From positions 12,876 to 76,875 of the forward strand of contig JBBTUL010000013.1 in the NCBI GenBank assembly GCA_038063755.1: 64,000 nucleotides of DNA. Direction: 5' to 3'. Source of the stretch: Patescibacteria group bacterium. GTDB lineage: Bacteria > Patescibacteriota > Minisyncoccia > UBA6257 > 2-01-FULL-56-20. A program made the position numbers and the translations under genes. Under the pieces are notes generated by a model that saw only the letters and a list, made by a program, of their open reading frames with translations, did not search any database and was not told where the DNA came from. Positions 1 to 7,695 of this stretch are shown in pieces. Positions within the stretch are counted from its first letter, which is position 1; each line of letters starts with the position of its first letter.

Positions 1-2
1 TC

Positions 3-383
3 GTGAAGGAAGCGCAAGAAAACGAAAATTTCCGGCGAGTTCTGTTTACGGGACCAAAAAGCCAGCTGGTCGTGATGAGCATCCCTTCTGGCGGCGAGGT
101 GGGAGAAGAGACGCACAAATACACCGAGCAGACCCTCTTTTTCCTTTCGGGGGTCGGAGAGGGATCGCTTGATAACGAAAAATTTTCAATTGGACCGGGC
201 GACGTCGTTGTGGTGACCGCCGGAACCAAGCACAACTTCCGAAATGTCGGCACTCAGGCCCTCAAGATTTACACCGTCTACGCCCCTCCAAATCATATTG
301 ATGGCCGCGTGCATGCGACGAAGGCCGATGCAGATGCCGATACTGCAGACGAAGCGATTGGCGAGTCCGAGCCCTTGAAGTAA
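3..383 (+). CDS. cupin-domain protein, possibly 5'-partial at the window edge
   Basis: The frame is open from base 3. GTAGTKHNF and GxxxxxG beta-barrel segments are typical of cupin_2 domains. Confidence 0.55.
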   Translation: MKEAQENENFRRVLFTGPKSQLVVMSIPSGGEVGEETHKYTEQTLFFLSGVGEGSLDNEKFSIGPGDVVVVTAGTKHNFRNVGTQALKIYTVYAPPNHIDGRVHATKADADADTADEAIGESEPLK

Positions 384-441
384 GACAAAGCTACCGCGAG
401 AAACAGCATCAAAACTTAACCACACTACCAAAACCTGAGCG

Positions 442-1440
442 ATGCAACTTACCTATTTCGTGCGCCGCGGCTTATATGACAAGGTGCTTGTGCCAGGAAA
501 GTTTATCTTGATGTTGTTCGTGGTGTTGGTGTCCGGTTTAGGTGCAAAAAACGTTTTTGCGGAAACGAGCCAGAGTGTGTTGTACGTGCCACTCATAGGC
601 ATCACATCCGTACCGGATCCGTTCGCATTACCGAACGGGGCGGGCGATGTGACGTATTATTATGCGGTTAAAAATTTCCTTCTCGAAGTAGACCTGACGG
701 ATGTTCAAGTTGTCGACGATAAGTGCGGTCCGATCGAATTTGTAACCGGCGACGACAACGGCGACTCAAGACTTGATTACAGCGAAACGTGGAGATATGT
801 CTGCACCACCAGGCTTTCCACGACCACGCAGAGCACTGCTACGGCGAGGGGTTTTGCGAACAACATGATTGCTACACACAACGCGTATGCGACTGTCGTT
901 GTTGGATCAAACAGTCCGTCTCCATTGGTGAGCATAATCAACATCACCAAGGTTGCCTATCCATTTTCTCTTCCTCCGGAGGGTGGCGATATCACCTTTA
1001 CCTACAGGGTAAACAATCCGGGCATAGTTCCATTAAGCGATGTAACCGTTTTCGATAACAAATGCAGCGCTATGTCGGGCAGGTTGGGAGACGTCAATGG
1101 GAACAATCTTCTGGACGTAAGCGAGGTGTGGATTTATAACTGCAAAACAAATCTGAGGCGGACGACTACGAATACTGTTCGCGTGACAGCTTTTGCAAAT
1201 GGCCTGGAAGCGAGGAGCGATGCAACCATTACCGTCCAGGTTGATACCTCGAACCTCGCTTCCGGTCCGCGTTTTTCCAACCAACCTGCTCCAGACCTCC
1301 CGGAAACGGGGGAGGTCTCAAGTTTGAAAACCAAAATATGGGGAGTCTTGTCGGGAATCCTCGCGATTCTAATCGTGCTTTTCGCTATAACTCGGAGAAG
1401 GAAATTTAAAAATGGGCGAAAAGAAATAAAGACTCTCTAG
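442..1440 (+). CDS. LPXTG-anchored cell-surface protein with two DUF11-like tandem repeats
   Basis: N-terminal signal peptide (..AKNVFA-ETSQ). Two ~100-aa repeats (DVTYYYAVKNF..VxDDKCGP.. and GGDITFTYRVNN..VFDNKCSA..). C-terminal sorting signal LPETGE, then a hydrophobic stretch and an RRRKFK tail. Confidence 0.75.
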   Translation: MQLTYFVRRGLYDKVLVPGKFILMLFVVLVSGLGAKNVFAETSQSVLYVPLIGITSVPDPFALPNGAGDVTYYYAVKNFLLEVDLTDVQVVDDKCGPIEFVTGDDNGDSRLDYSETWRYVCTTRLSTTTQSTATARGFANNMIATHNAYATVVVGSNSPSPLVSIINITKVAYPFSLPPEGGDITFTYRVNNPGIVPLSDVTVFDNKCSAMSGRLGDVNGNNLLDVSEVWIYNCKTNLRRTTTNTVRVTAFANGLEARSDATITVQVDTSNLASGPRFSNQPAPDLPETGEVSSLKTKIWGVLSGILAILIVLFAITRRRKFKNGRKEIKTL

Positions 1441-1446
1441 AAGATT

Positions 1447-2550
1447 ATGACGGGAAAGGTCAAGCTTAGAATTGGATTGGCGGTTGTTTTTCTGGCGGGA
1501 GTAGCGGGAATCGGGTTGTATTTTTTGTTTCCCTCATGGCCAAACCAAGACAAGGAGGTGGTCGTTTTACCAGACGGGTCATTTGGTTGGAAGTTTCCCA
1601 TAGCGAAATTCCCATCAACCGGGGCAACTCAAGTCGCATATTCCGACATCCGGGACCCGGGAGGTATACCCCAAGGGCTTCCTGTTCGCCTTATTATTCC
1701 GATTATCGGTGTAGATTCGGCAATTGAAGATGCGCTTATCACTCCCGACGGAAGGATGGACGTACCGGCCGGATCCGTAAACGTTGCCTGGTTTTCTCTA
1801 GGTCCTCATCCAGGGGACGCGGGGAGCGCGGTTATCGGTGGACACTTTGGCATCAAAGGCGGAGTGCCGTTTGTGTTCTATAAATTAGACCATCTCAAGA
1901 TTGGCGACAAAATACATGTGGTGAACGACAAGGGCGACGTTCTCATTTTCATGGTCCGGGAAATCAGTCTGTTCGACCGGAATGCCGACGCAACGGCCGT
2001 CTTTGCTTCGGAGGACGGATTTGCGCACCTAAATCTTATTACGTGCGAAGGAGTTTGGAATCGAGTCAATAATAGCTATCCCGAGCGACGAGTAGTATTT
2101 ACCGACCTTGTGTCGACCAACGGATCAATCGCCGAACCTGTTTTCACCTTCCGTCGATCGCTTGGTATTGGTGCGAAAGGGGCAGATGTTGTGGCGCTCC
2201 AGACCATGCTTCAGGGAAAAGGATTTCTTGCGATTCCGCCGGGAGTCGACAAGGGTTTTTTCGGACCTCTTACGAGTGAAGCAGTTTCCAGATATCAAGC
2301 GAGCGTCGGCTTGCCGCAGGTTGGCGTTTTTGGTCCCCTTACCAGGGCAAAGCTCATTTCGGATGGGTCTCCGGTTGCGACCAAGCCGACGTTTCCATCA
2401 ACGGCGATAGTGGCACCCGAATTACCCTCCGCGCTTCAGGTCCTCATTCGATCTACAAAGGGTTTATATTCTACTCCGATAGACGCACTGACTACGATCC
2501 TCCTTCTCGTATTAATAGTGTTTGTGGCCTTTAAAATTTTTAAGCGGTAG
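1447..2550 (+). CDS. sortase-family transpeptidase fused to a peptidoglycan-binding (PG_binding_1-like) domain, with N- and C-terminal TM segments
   Basis: LxIPxIG, VIGGHFG and the LNLITCEG (TLxTC) catalytic motif. Downstream LGIGAKGADVVALQTMLQ..GFFGPLTSEAVSRYQ resembles PG-binding repeats. Starts 7 nt after the LPXTG gene. Confidence 0.8.
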   Translation: MTGKVKLRIGLAVVFLAGVAGIGLYFLFPSWPNQDKEVVVLPDGSFGWKFPIAKFPSTGATQVAYSDIRDPGGIPQGLPVRLIIPIIGVDSAIEDALITPDGRMDVPAGSVNVAWFSLGPHPGDAGSAVIGGHFGIKGGVPFVFYKLDHLKIGDKIHVVNDKGDVLIFMVREISLFDRNADATAVFASEDGFAHLNLITCEGVWNRVNNSYPERRVVFTDLVSTNGSIAEPVFTFRRSLGIGAKGADVVALQTMLQGKGFLAIPPGVDKGFFGPLTSEAVSRYQASVGLPQVGVFGPLTRAKLISDGSPVATKPTFPSTAIVAPELPSALQVLIRSTKGLYSTPIDALTTILLLVLIVFVAFKIFKR

Positions 2551-2598
2551 GACGAACCCTCACCCGGCTTGCGCGGTTGTTGTTTTCTTGGGAAATAT

Positions 2599-3267
2599 AT
2601 GTTGAGAAAAATCTCATTAAAAAAGTTTTTGTTTGTCGCGGGGGCGGCCGGAGTAGTGATCTTTGTGGCGGTCGTTTCGCTTCTCTATTTTGACCTGCCG
2701 GGGAGCCACATTCTCACGAAAGAGGCGTTGTTTGCAGACGGCGAGACTCCTCAGGACCCACTTGGCGGCACAGCGACCGCATCGGTTCAGAACTTCTTTG
2801 CCGTCGAAGAGGTGCGTTCGGGACTTCCGGCACGCATCAAGATTCCGGCGATCAACGTGGATGCGGCTGTCGAGCAGGTTGGTCTTACGCCTCAATGGGC
2901 GATGGACGTGCCAAAAGGGCCCGACCGCGTGGCGTGGTTTAAGCTGGGCCCTCGTCCCGGGGAGGAAGGAAGTTCTGTTATCGCCGGGCATTTTGGTTGG
3001 AAGGATGACATACCGGCGGTATTCGATGATTTACACATACTAAGAAAGGGAGACAAGATATATATAGAAGAAGAAACAGGAGCGATTACTGTATTTGTGG
3101 TGCGCACACTCCGAACATTTAATGATAACGAAAATACTCCCGATGTGTTCGGCTCAACTGACGGGAAAGCCCACCTCAATCTCGTAACGTGCCAGGGGTC
3201 TTGGAATAAAGAAAAGAAGAGCTATTCCCAACGGCTCGTAGTTTTCACCGACAAAGAAACGGAGTAG
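2599..3267 (+). CDS. second sortase-family transpeptidase
   Basis: IKIPAINVDAAV, VIAGHFGW and LNLVTCQG (TLxTC), with an N-terminal TM anchor. Start taken at MLRKISL rather than the upstream in-frame Met. Confidence 0.8.
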   Translation: MLRKISLKKFLFVAGAAGVVIFVAVVSLLYFDLPGSHILTKEALFADGETPQDPLGGTATASVQNFFAVEEVRSGLPARIKIPAINVDAAVEQVGLTPQWAMDVPKGPDRVAWFKLGPRPGEEGSSVIAGHFGWKDDIPAVFDDLHILRKGDKIYIEEETGAITVFVVRTLRTFNDNENTPDVFGSTDGKAHLNLVTCQGSWNKEKKSYSQRLVVFTDKETE

Positions 3268-3345
3268 ACGATCGCGATGCGTCATAAGTTTCCGAGGCTT
3301 GGTGTTGCGCAAGAAAGGTGATCGCATGAACGTGCCAGGAAAGGC

Positions 3346-3374
3346 TTGAGTGTGCCCAGAAAAAACTCTATAGT
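3346..3374 (+). promoter_or_regulatory. sigma70-like promoter (TTGAGT-17-TATAGT) 11 nt upstream of the SDR start
   Basis: -35 TTGAGT at 3346-3351, 17-nt spacer, -10 TATAGT at 3369-3374, ATG at 3386. Confidence 0.4.
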
Positions 3375-3385
3375 AAATACATATC

Positions 3386-4066
3386 ATGGATTTTTTAGAC
3401 AAAGTTGTTGTTATCACCGGAGGGACGGGGGGGCTCGGCAGAGCCCTCGCCCTCTCGTTTCAAAAGCAGAAGGCGCGCGTTGTCGTGAGTTCTCGAAACA
3501 AAGAAGAACTTGAAGCTCTCCGTGGAACAAGCGATTTTTTTGTCGTGCAGGCCGATGTTTCTGAAGAGGAGGACGTGTCTCATCTTGCGGAAGCGGTTGT
3601 GGAAAAGTTTGGACGAATAGATATTTGGATAAATAACGCCGGTATCTGGTTGCCGCATGCGCCGGTTGAGGAGATGGATGTCGAGCGTGTTCGCAAGGTG
3701 ATGGACGTGAATTTTTTCGGAACGATACACGGCTCGAAAGCCGCTCTTATGCGTATGCGAAAACAAGGCGAAGGTACGATAATAAACATTCTTTCGACAA
3801 GCGCCCTTGAGGGGCGGGCGAATTCTTCGGGCTACTGTGCAAGTAAGTATGCGGCAGACGGGTTTACAAAATCGCTCAGGAAAGAAGTCCAGGGTTCAGA
3901 AATAAAAGTTTTTTCAATTTATCCCGGAGGTATGAGAACAAATTTATTCGACGAATCGCGTCCGGAGAACTATGACGAGTATATGAATCCGAGTGATGTC
4001 GCCGAGAAAATTGTTCGCAATCTTAAGGCCGAAAATCCCGAGGAAGAGTTCGTAGTTAGGAGATAG
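3386..4066 (+). CDS. short-chain dehydrogenase/reductase (SDR)
   Basis: TGGTGGLG Rossmann motif, NNAG, and the YxxxK catalytic pair (YCASKYA). Confidence 0.8.
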   Translation: MDFLDKVVVITGGTGGLGRALALSFQKQKARVVVSSRNKEELEALRGTSDFFVVQADVSEEEDVSHLAEAVVEKFGRIDIWINNAGIWLPHAPVEEMDVERVRKVMDVNFFGTIHGSKAALMRMRKQGEGTIINILSTSALEGRANSSGYCASKYAADGFTKSLRKEVQGSEIKVFSIYPGGMRTNLFDESRPENYDEYMNPSDVAEKIVRNLKAENPEEEFVVRR

Positions 4067-4139
4067 GCATTACGTATTGATTTGCGCTTCGCGAAGTGCT
4101 ATAGCTACTTAAAGAACTCTCCACCGAAGGGATGGCACT

Positions 4140-4679
4140 GTGGACCCAGGAAGTCCTGCTTCGGGCGGCTTTTCCGACGAGAACCGGATGCTCGTTGTCG
4201 TTGATATGCAGGTTGGAACGACGCGAGCAGAAAATCACTCTCAACTGCTGGACGATGAATGGTGGAAGCGACATGAAGCAGTTGTCGCAAATATCCGCAT
4301 TCTTTCGCAGAAAATGGATACGCGTTTTCAAGTGCATACGGGGCTTGAAGACCGGACAGACTGGGATGTGATCCCTGAGCTCGAAGAGGTTTTCCAGGCT
4401 TCCGGCGATCGAATCTTGAAGGTATATGACGATGGCTCCACGGAGCTCTCGAGAGTTATCTCGCGGGACATGCACATCTATCTTTGCGGAATGAACACAG
4501 ACGCATGTGTGTTTCGTACGGCGGTTGGGCTTGCGTACAGAGGCTACTGGGTAACGGTTGTCGGTGATGCTTGTTGGTCGGTTTGGGTTTTTGAGAGACC
4601 CAGATGTCATGATTTGGCGCTTGAAAGCTTGGGGTCCGTGAGCCGAGTGCGGGTTGTAAGTACATCAGCGGTGCGATAA
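4140..4679 (+). CDS. isochorismatase-family cysteine hydrolase
   Basis: MLVVVDMQ.. core and the catalytic Cys context LCGMNTDACVFRTAV. The GTG start at 4140 has an AAGGGA RBS. An alternative ATG start lies at 4188. Confidence 0.55.
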   Translation: MDPGSPASGGFSDENRMLVVVDMQVGTTRAENHSQLLDDEWWKRHEAVVANIRILSQKMDTRFQVHTGLEDRTDWDVIPELEEVFQASGDRILKVYDDGSTELSRVISRDMHIYLCGMNTDACVFRTAVGLAYRGYWVTVVGDACWSVWVFERPRCHDLALESLGSVSRVRVVSTSAVR

Positions 4680-4751
4680 CATCAATCCGCTTTTTATTTT
4701 CGATAGGACGTGGTTGATGGAGCTGTGATATGCTGGAAGTAAAGAGATTTT

Positions 4752-5102
4752 ATGACAAACAAAAAATCACACGCGATTCAAGAGATTTTTGCAGCAATCA
4801 TTCCGTTCGTCGGATTTTTCTTGATCGAGATATGGGTGCGTAACGAATGGGGAATAACGCTCGGAGTCGTCGCTCTTCTTCTCGTCTCGATGTTGTATCG
4901 ACGAGAAAAAAATGAATGGCTTCTTTTTCTTGCTGGAGCGGCGCTCGGATTTTTCGTGGAGGTTGTACTGGGACTAGTTTATCGCGAGCAGTTTTGGGTA
5001 AACGGCTCCCTGTGGGGTGTTCCCGTCTGGCTTCCGATCGTCTGGGGCGGGGGATTTGTATTTATCCGCCGACTTGGGAATCTGATCGTGAGGAGGGCGT
5101 AG
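4752..5102 (+). CDS. hypothetical small polytopic membrane protein
   Basis: 116 aa, three to four hydrophobic helices, no recognisable motif. Confidence 0.4.
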   Translation: MTNKKSHAIQEIFAAIIPFVGFFLIEIWVRNEWGITLGVVALLLVSMLYRREKNEWLLFLAGAALGFFVEVVLGLVYREQFWVNGSLWGVPVWLPIVWGGGFVFIRRLGNLIVRRA

Positions 5103-5176
5103 GCAAATGAATGATCGTTGACTAAGTCCAGGCTTTTGATATCCTGTCCACAGGACAATGACAAAGGAGAAGAGCG

Positions 5177-5428
5177 ATGGGTCTTGCTACGACAACCAGG
5201 CGCTTTTGTGAGGGATTAGAAAGTTCGGCTCGCAGACTCGAGGCGGCATGCGGAGAGAATGTGACTGCCCAAAACAGTGAGATGAAGGCTGATCTTAAGG
5301 CTTTCGCGCGTCAGGTTGCGCTGCTTGCCGGCGAGTGCGCCAGGGAGCTCGAAATTCATACACGGGAGCTTGAAGCGGTGAAGGCGGTAATTGCGGAGCG
5401 CGAGGCGGCAAAGCCCGATCTTCCCTGA
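5177..5428 (+). CDS. hypothetical small helical protein
   Basis: 83 aa. AAAGGAGAAG RBS 7 nt upstream. Followed by an intrinsic terminator. Confidence 0.45.
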   Translation: MGLATTTRRFCEGLESSARRLEAACGENVTAQNSEMKADLKAFARQVALLAGECARELEIHTRELEAVKAVIAEREAAKPDLP

Positions 5429-5450
5429 CGATAATTTCTAAAGGTAGGTG

Positions 5451-5479
5451 CTTCGCGAAACTCTCGCGAAGCTTTTTTG
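5451..5479 (+). terminator. rho-independent terminator
   Basis: CTTCGCGA-aactc-TCGCGAAG hairpin followed by CTTTTTTG. Confidence 0.55.
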
Positions 5480-5493
5480 TTATACTGCACCTA

Positions 5494-6330
5494 ATGACTA
5501 TTTTTCGCTTTGTAGGACTTACAATAGCAATTTTCACAATTTCGGCGATTTCTTTTTTTAATCTTTCTTTGGCGCAGACCGTCATGAACCTCGATCAAGC
5601 GTTACAGAGTCAAAACTTCGTAACGTCAACTCAGGGCATTCAGCCACCACCTCCCGCAGATGCCTCCACTACAAGTCAGTCGGGAGGGGAGCCCACAGGA
5701 CAGACTCTGCCGGCAGGAGGGGTTCTGGTAGAGCCGGAGCAAGGCCTGCCAGCAGAAGATCCGGGGATTCGAAGTAACCCCTCATCAACAGTAGAAGACA
5801 AGAAATCATCACCGTCAAAAAAGAGGAGCGAACCGGATACCGCAAAATCTTCAAGCACGAACAACGACGATCCTGGTGGGTCGCGCGGATCGCTTCCGTT
5901 TGTTTTTTATATAACGCTCGCAGTTATTCTCGCATTTATTGCGTTCCTATTTAAAAAATTCCGCGAGTTCCTGAGGCGACTGAAAACAGAGCCAAAACCG
6001 CCAGAAAAAAAAGAGGAGGTTGTTTGCAAAACATGCGGCGGTAGCGGGAAGGTGAAAAAAAAGAGAACCATCTCGGCGCCTTGCGGACACTGCAAGCAGA
6101 CGGGAAGGGATATTTGTCACCACTGCGGTGGCTCGGGTCATTACGGGGGAGGGCTCACCGTGCCGCAAACGCAGGACGAAGTGGACAGCTTAATGAAGTG
6201 CGACTACTGCAAGGGAAAGGGTTTCTCGAATCCTTCCGTCGCGTGCTGTATGTGCAAAGGAGCAAGAAAAGAGTATGCCGAAGAGTCATATGAAGCGGCC
6301 TGTCCGGACTGCAGGGGTGTGTCTCGTTAG
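5494..6330 (+). CDS. membrane-anchored protein with a DnaJ-type cysteine-rich (CxxCxGxG) zinc-finger domain
   Basis: Signal peptide or anchor, a P/S/T/G-rich low-complexity region, and a TM helix (LPFVFYITLAVILAFIAFLF). Then CKTCGGSG, CGHCKQTG, CHHCGGSG, CDYCKGKG, CCMCKG and CPDCRG repeats. Confidence 0.55.
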   Translation: MTIFRFVGLTIAIFTISAISFFNLSLAQTVMNLDQALQSQNFVTSTQGIQPPPPADASTTSQSGGEPTGQTLPAGGVLVEPEQGLPAEDPGIRSNPSSTVEDKKSSPSKKRSEPDTAKSSSTNNDDPGGSRGSLPFVFYITLAVILAFIAFLFKKFREFLRRLKTEPKPPEKKEEVVCKTCGGSGKVKKKRTISAPCGHCKQTGRDICHHCGGSGHYGGGLTVPQTQDEVDSLMKCDYCKGKGFSNPSVACCMCKGARKEYAEESYEAACPDCRGVSR

Positions 6331-6339
6331 TCAAAATAA

Positions 6340-7605
6340 CTACTCCTCCGAGATGCTTCGTGAGTGAAAAAGGCCGATCGTCCAGTCGACAACGACGCGA
6401 ACGCGGTTTGCAAATCCGATGATTTTTGAGGCGTATATCGTGCGCCAAAGCCACCACGCGAAAAAACCAGAAAATGTTATTCCTCCGATGCGTGCTCCGG
6501 CAGAAAAGCGTCCCAGGGAAAGAGTTTGTCCAAGTTCGCGAAAGGCGAAGGGTGAAAGGCTTTTTTCCTGAATTGCCGAGATGATATTTCCCGCAACTGA
6601 TCGAGCTTCTTGTACGGCCGCTTGAGCGGTTTGCGGAACGAGCTTTCCTTTTGGGTCGGTAATTCCAGACACATCTCCAGCGACGAAGACGCGATTATCT
6701 TCCGGAAGATGCAAAAATTTATTTACCACGATTCTTCCCCGATCGCCGATTTTCGGAACGGGAATTATCTCCGGAGAGCTCGGCTCAATGCCGGAGACGA
6801 AAATCGTTGTTCGCGCCAGTATTTTTTCTCCGTTTTGCAGTAGAGCGAACGAATCTTCTATGTCGACAACGGTTGTATGTAGGTGAAGCACGATTTCTTT
6901 TTCTCGGAGCGTGCGTTCCGCGATTTTTCTGAGTGAGGGGTGGAAATGCTCAATAAGCTCATCTTTCGCATGAACAAGGTGCGTCACAATCTCACTCGGA
7001 GAAATTTTCTTATACGCGCGCACAAGCACTCCCTTCGCGAATTCATCGATTTCCGCGGCGAGCTCAACGCCAGTCGGCCCACCGCCTACGACAACAAAAC
7101 TTAGAAGCTCCTTCCTCTCTTCGGGGGACGATGAGCGAGACGCTTTTTCGAAGCAGGAGACAAGGTGTTTTTTTATCCGCCTTGCATCCTTAAGGTCTTT
7201 TAGCGTGAAGATCGATTCACTGTTCTTGCTCGGCAGACGAGTAATTGATCCCGTTGCAAGCACGAGATAGTCATATGAGAAGTTTTTTTCTCCAACAGAG
7301 ACAACTCGATTTTCTCGGTTGATGCGTGTTGCCTCTCCGATAACCACCTCTACGATGGACGTATCAACAATTTGCCGAAGTGGCTGTATGGCGTTTGAGG
7401 GGTGCACCGATCCGGTAGCGACTTCATGGAGAAGCGGGGTAAAAAGAAAATAGTCATTTTTGCTCACTATCGTTATGTCGAGCGCCCCCAAGGCTTTACG
7501 GCCTAGGCGACAGAGGCTTAGGTAGGTGTAAATACCCGCAAATCCTGCCCCAATGATTACAATGCGGGGATGTTTATTCTCTTTTAGGGTATGTGCAAGA
7601 GGCAT
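6340..7605 (-). CDS. ndh: type II NADH dehydrogenase (NDH-2) / FAD-dependent pyridine nucleotide-disulfide oxidoreductase
   Basis: Two dinucleotide-binding motifs: IVIIGAGFAGIY and VVVGGGPTGVELAAEI. Confidence 0.8.
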   Translation of the reverse strand: MPLAHTLKENKHPRIVIIGAGFAGIYTYLSLCRLGRKALGALDITIVSKNDYFLFTPLLHEVATGSVHPSNAIQPLRQIVDTSIVEVVIGEATRINRENRVVSVGEKNFSYDYLVLATGSITRLPSKNSESIFTLKDLKDARRIKKHLVSCFEKASRSSSPEERKELLSFVVVGGGPTGVELAAEIDEFAKGVLVRAYKKISPSEIVTHLVHAKDELIEHFHPSLRKIAERTLREKEIVLHLHTTVVDIEDSFALLQNGEKILARTTIFVSGIEPSSPEIIPVPKIGDRGRIVVNKFLHLPEDNRVFVAGDVSGITDPKGKLVPQTAQAAVQEARSVAGNIISAIQEKSLSPFAFRELGQTLSLGRFSAGARIGGITFSGFFAWWLWRTIYASKIIGFANRVRVVVDWTIGLFHSRSISEE

Positions 7606-7677
7606 AATACGACTGCATTGTAGCACGGAGTCTGGCTTTTTTGGGGTGTGATATCGTGTGCTTCAAGGGGTTGCGCC

Positions 7678-7686
7678 TGGTATAAT
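7678..7686 (+). promoter_or_regulatory. extended -10 element (TGgTATAAT) 9 nt upstream of the guaB ATG
   Basis: TGGTATAAT at 7678-7686, ATG at 7696. Implies a leaderless or near-leaderless transcript. Confidence 0.4.
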
Positions 7687-7695
7687 GACCCTGCT

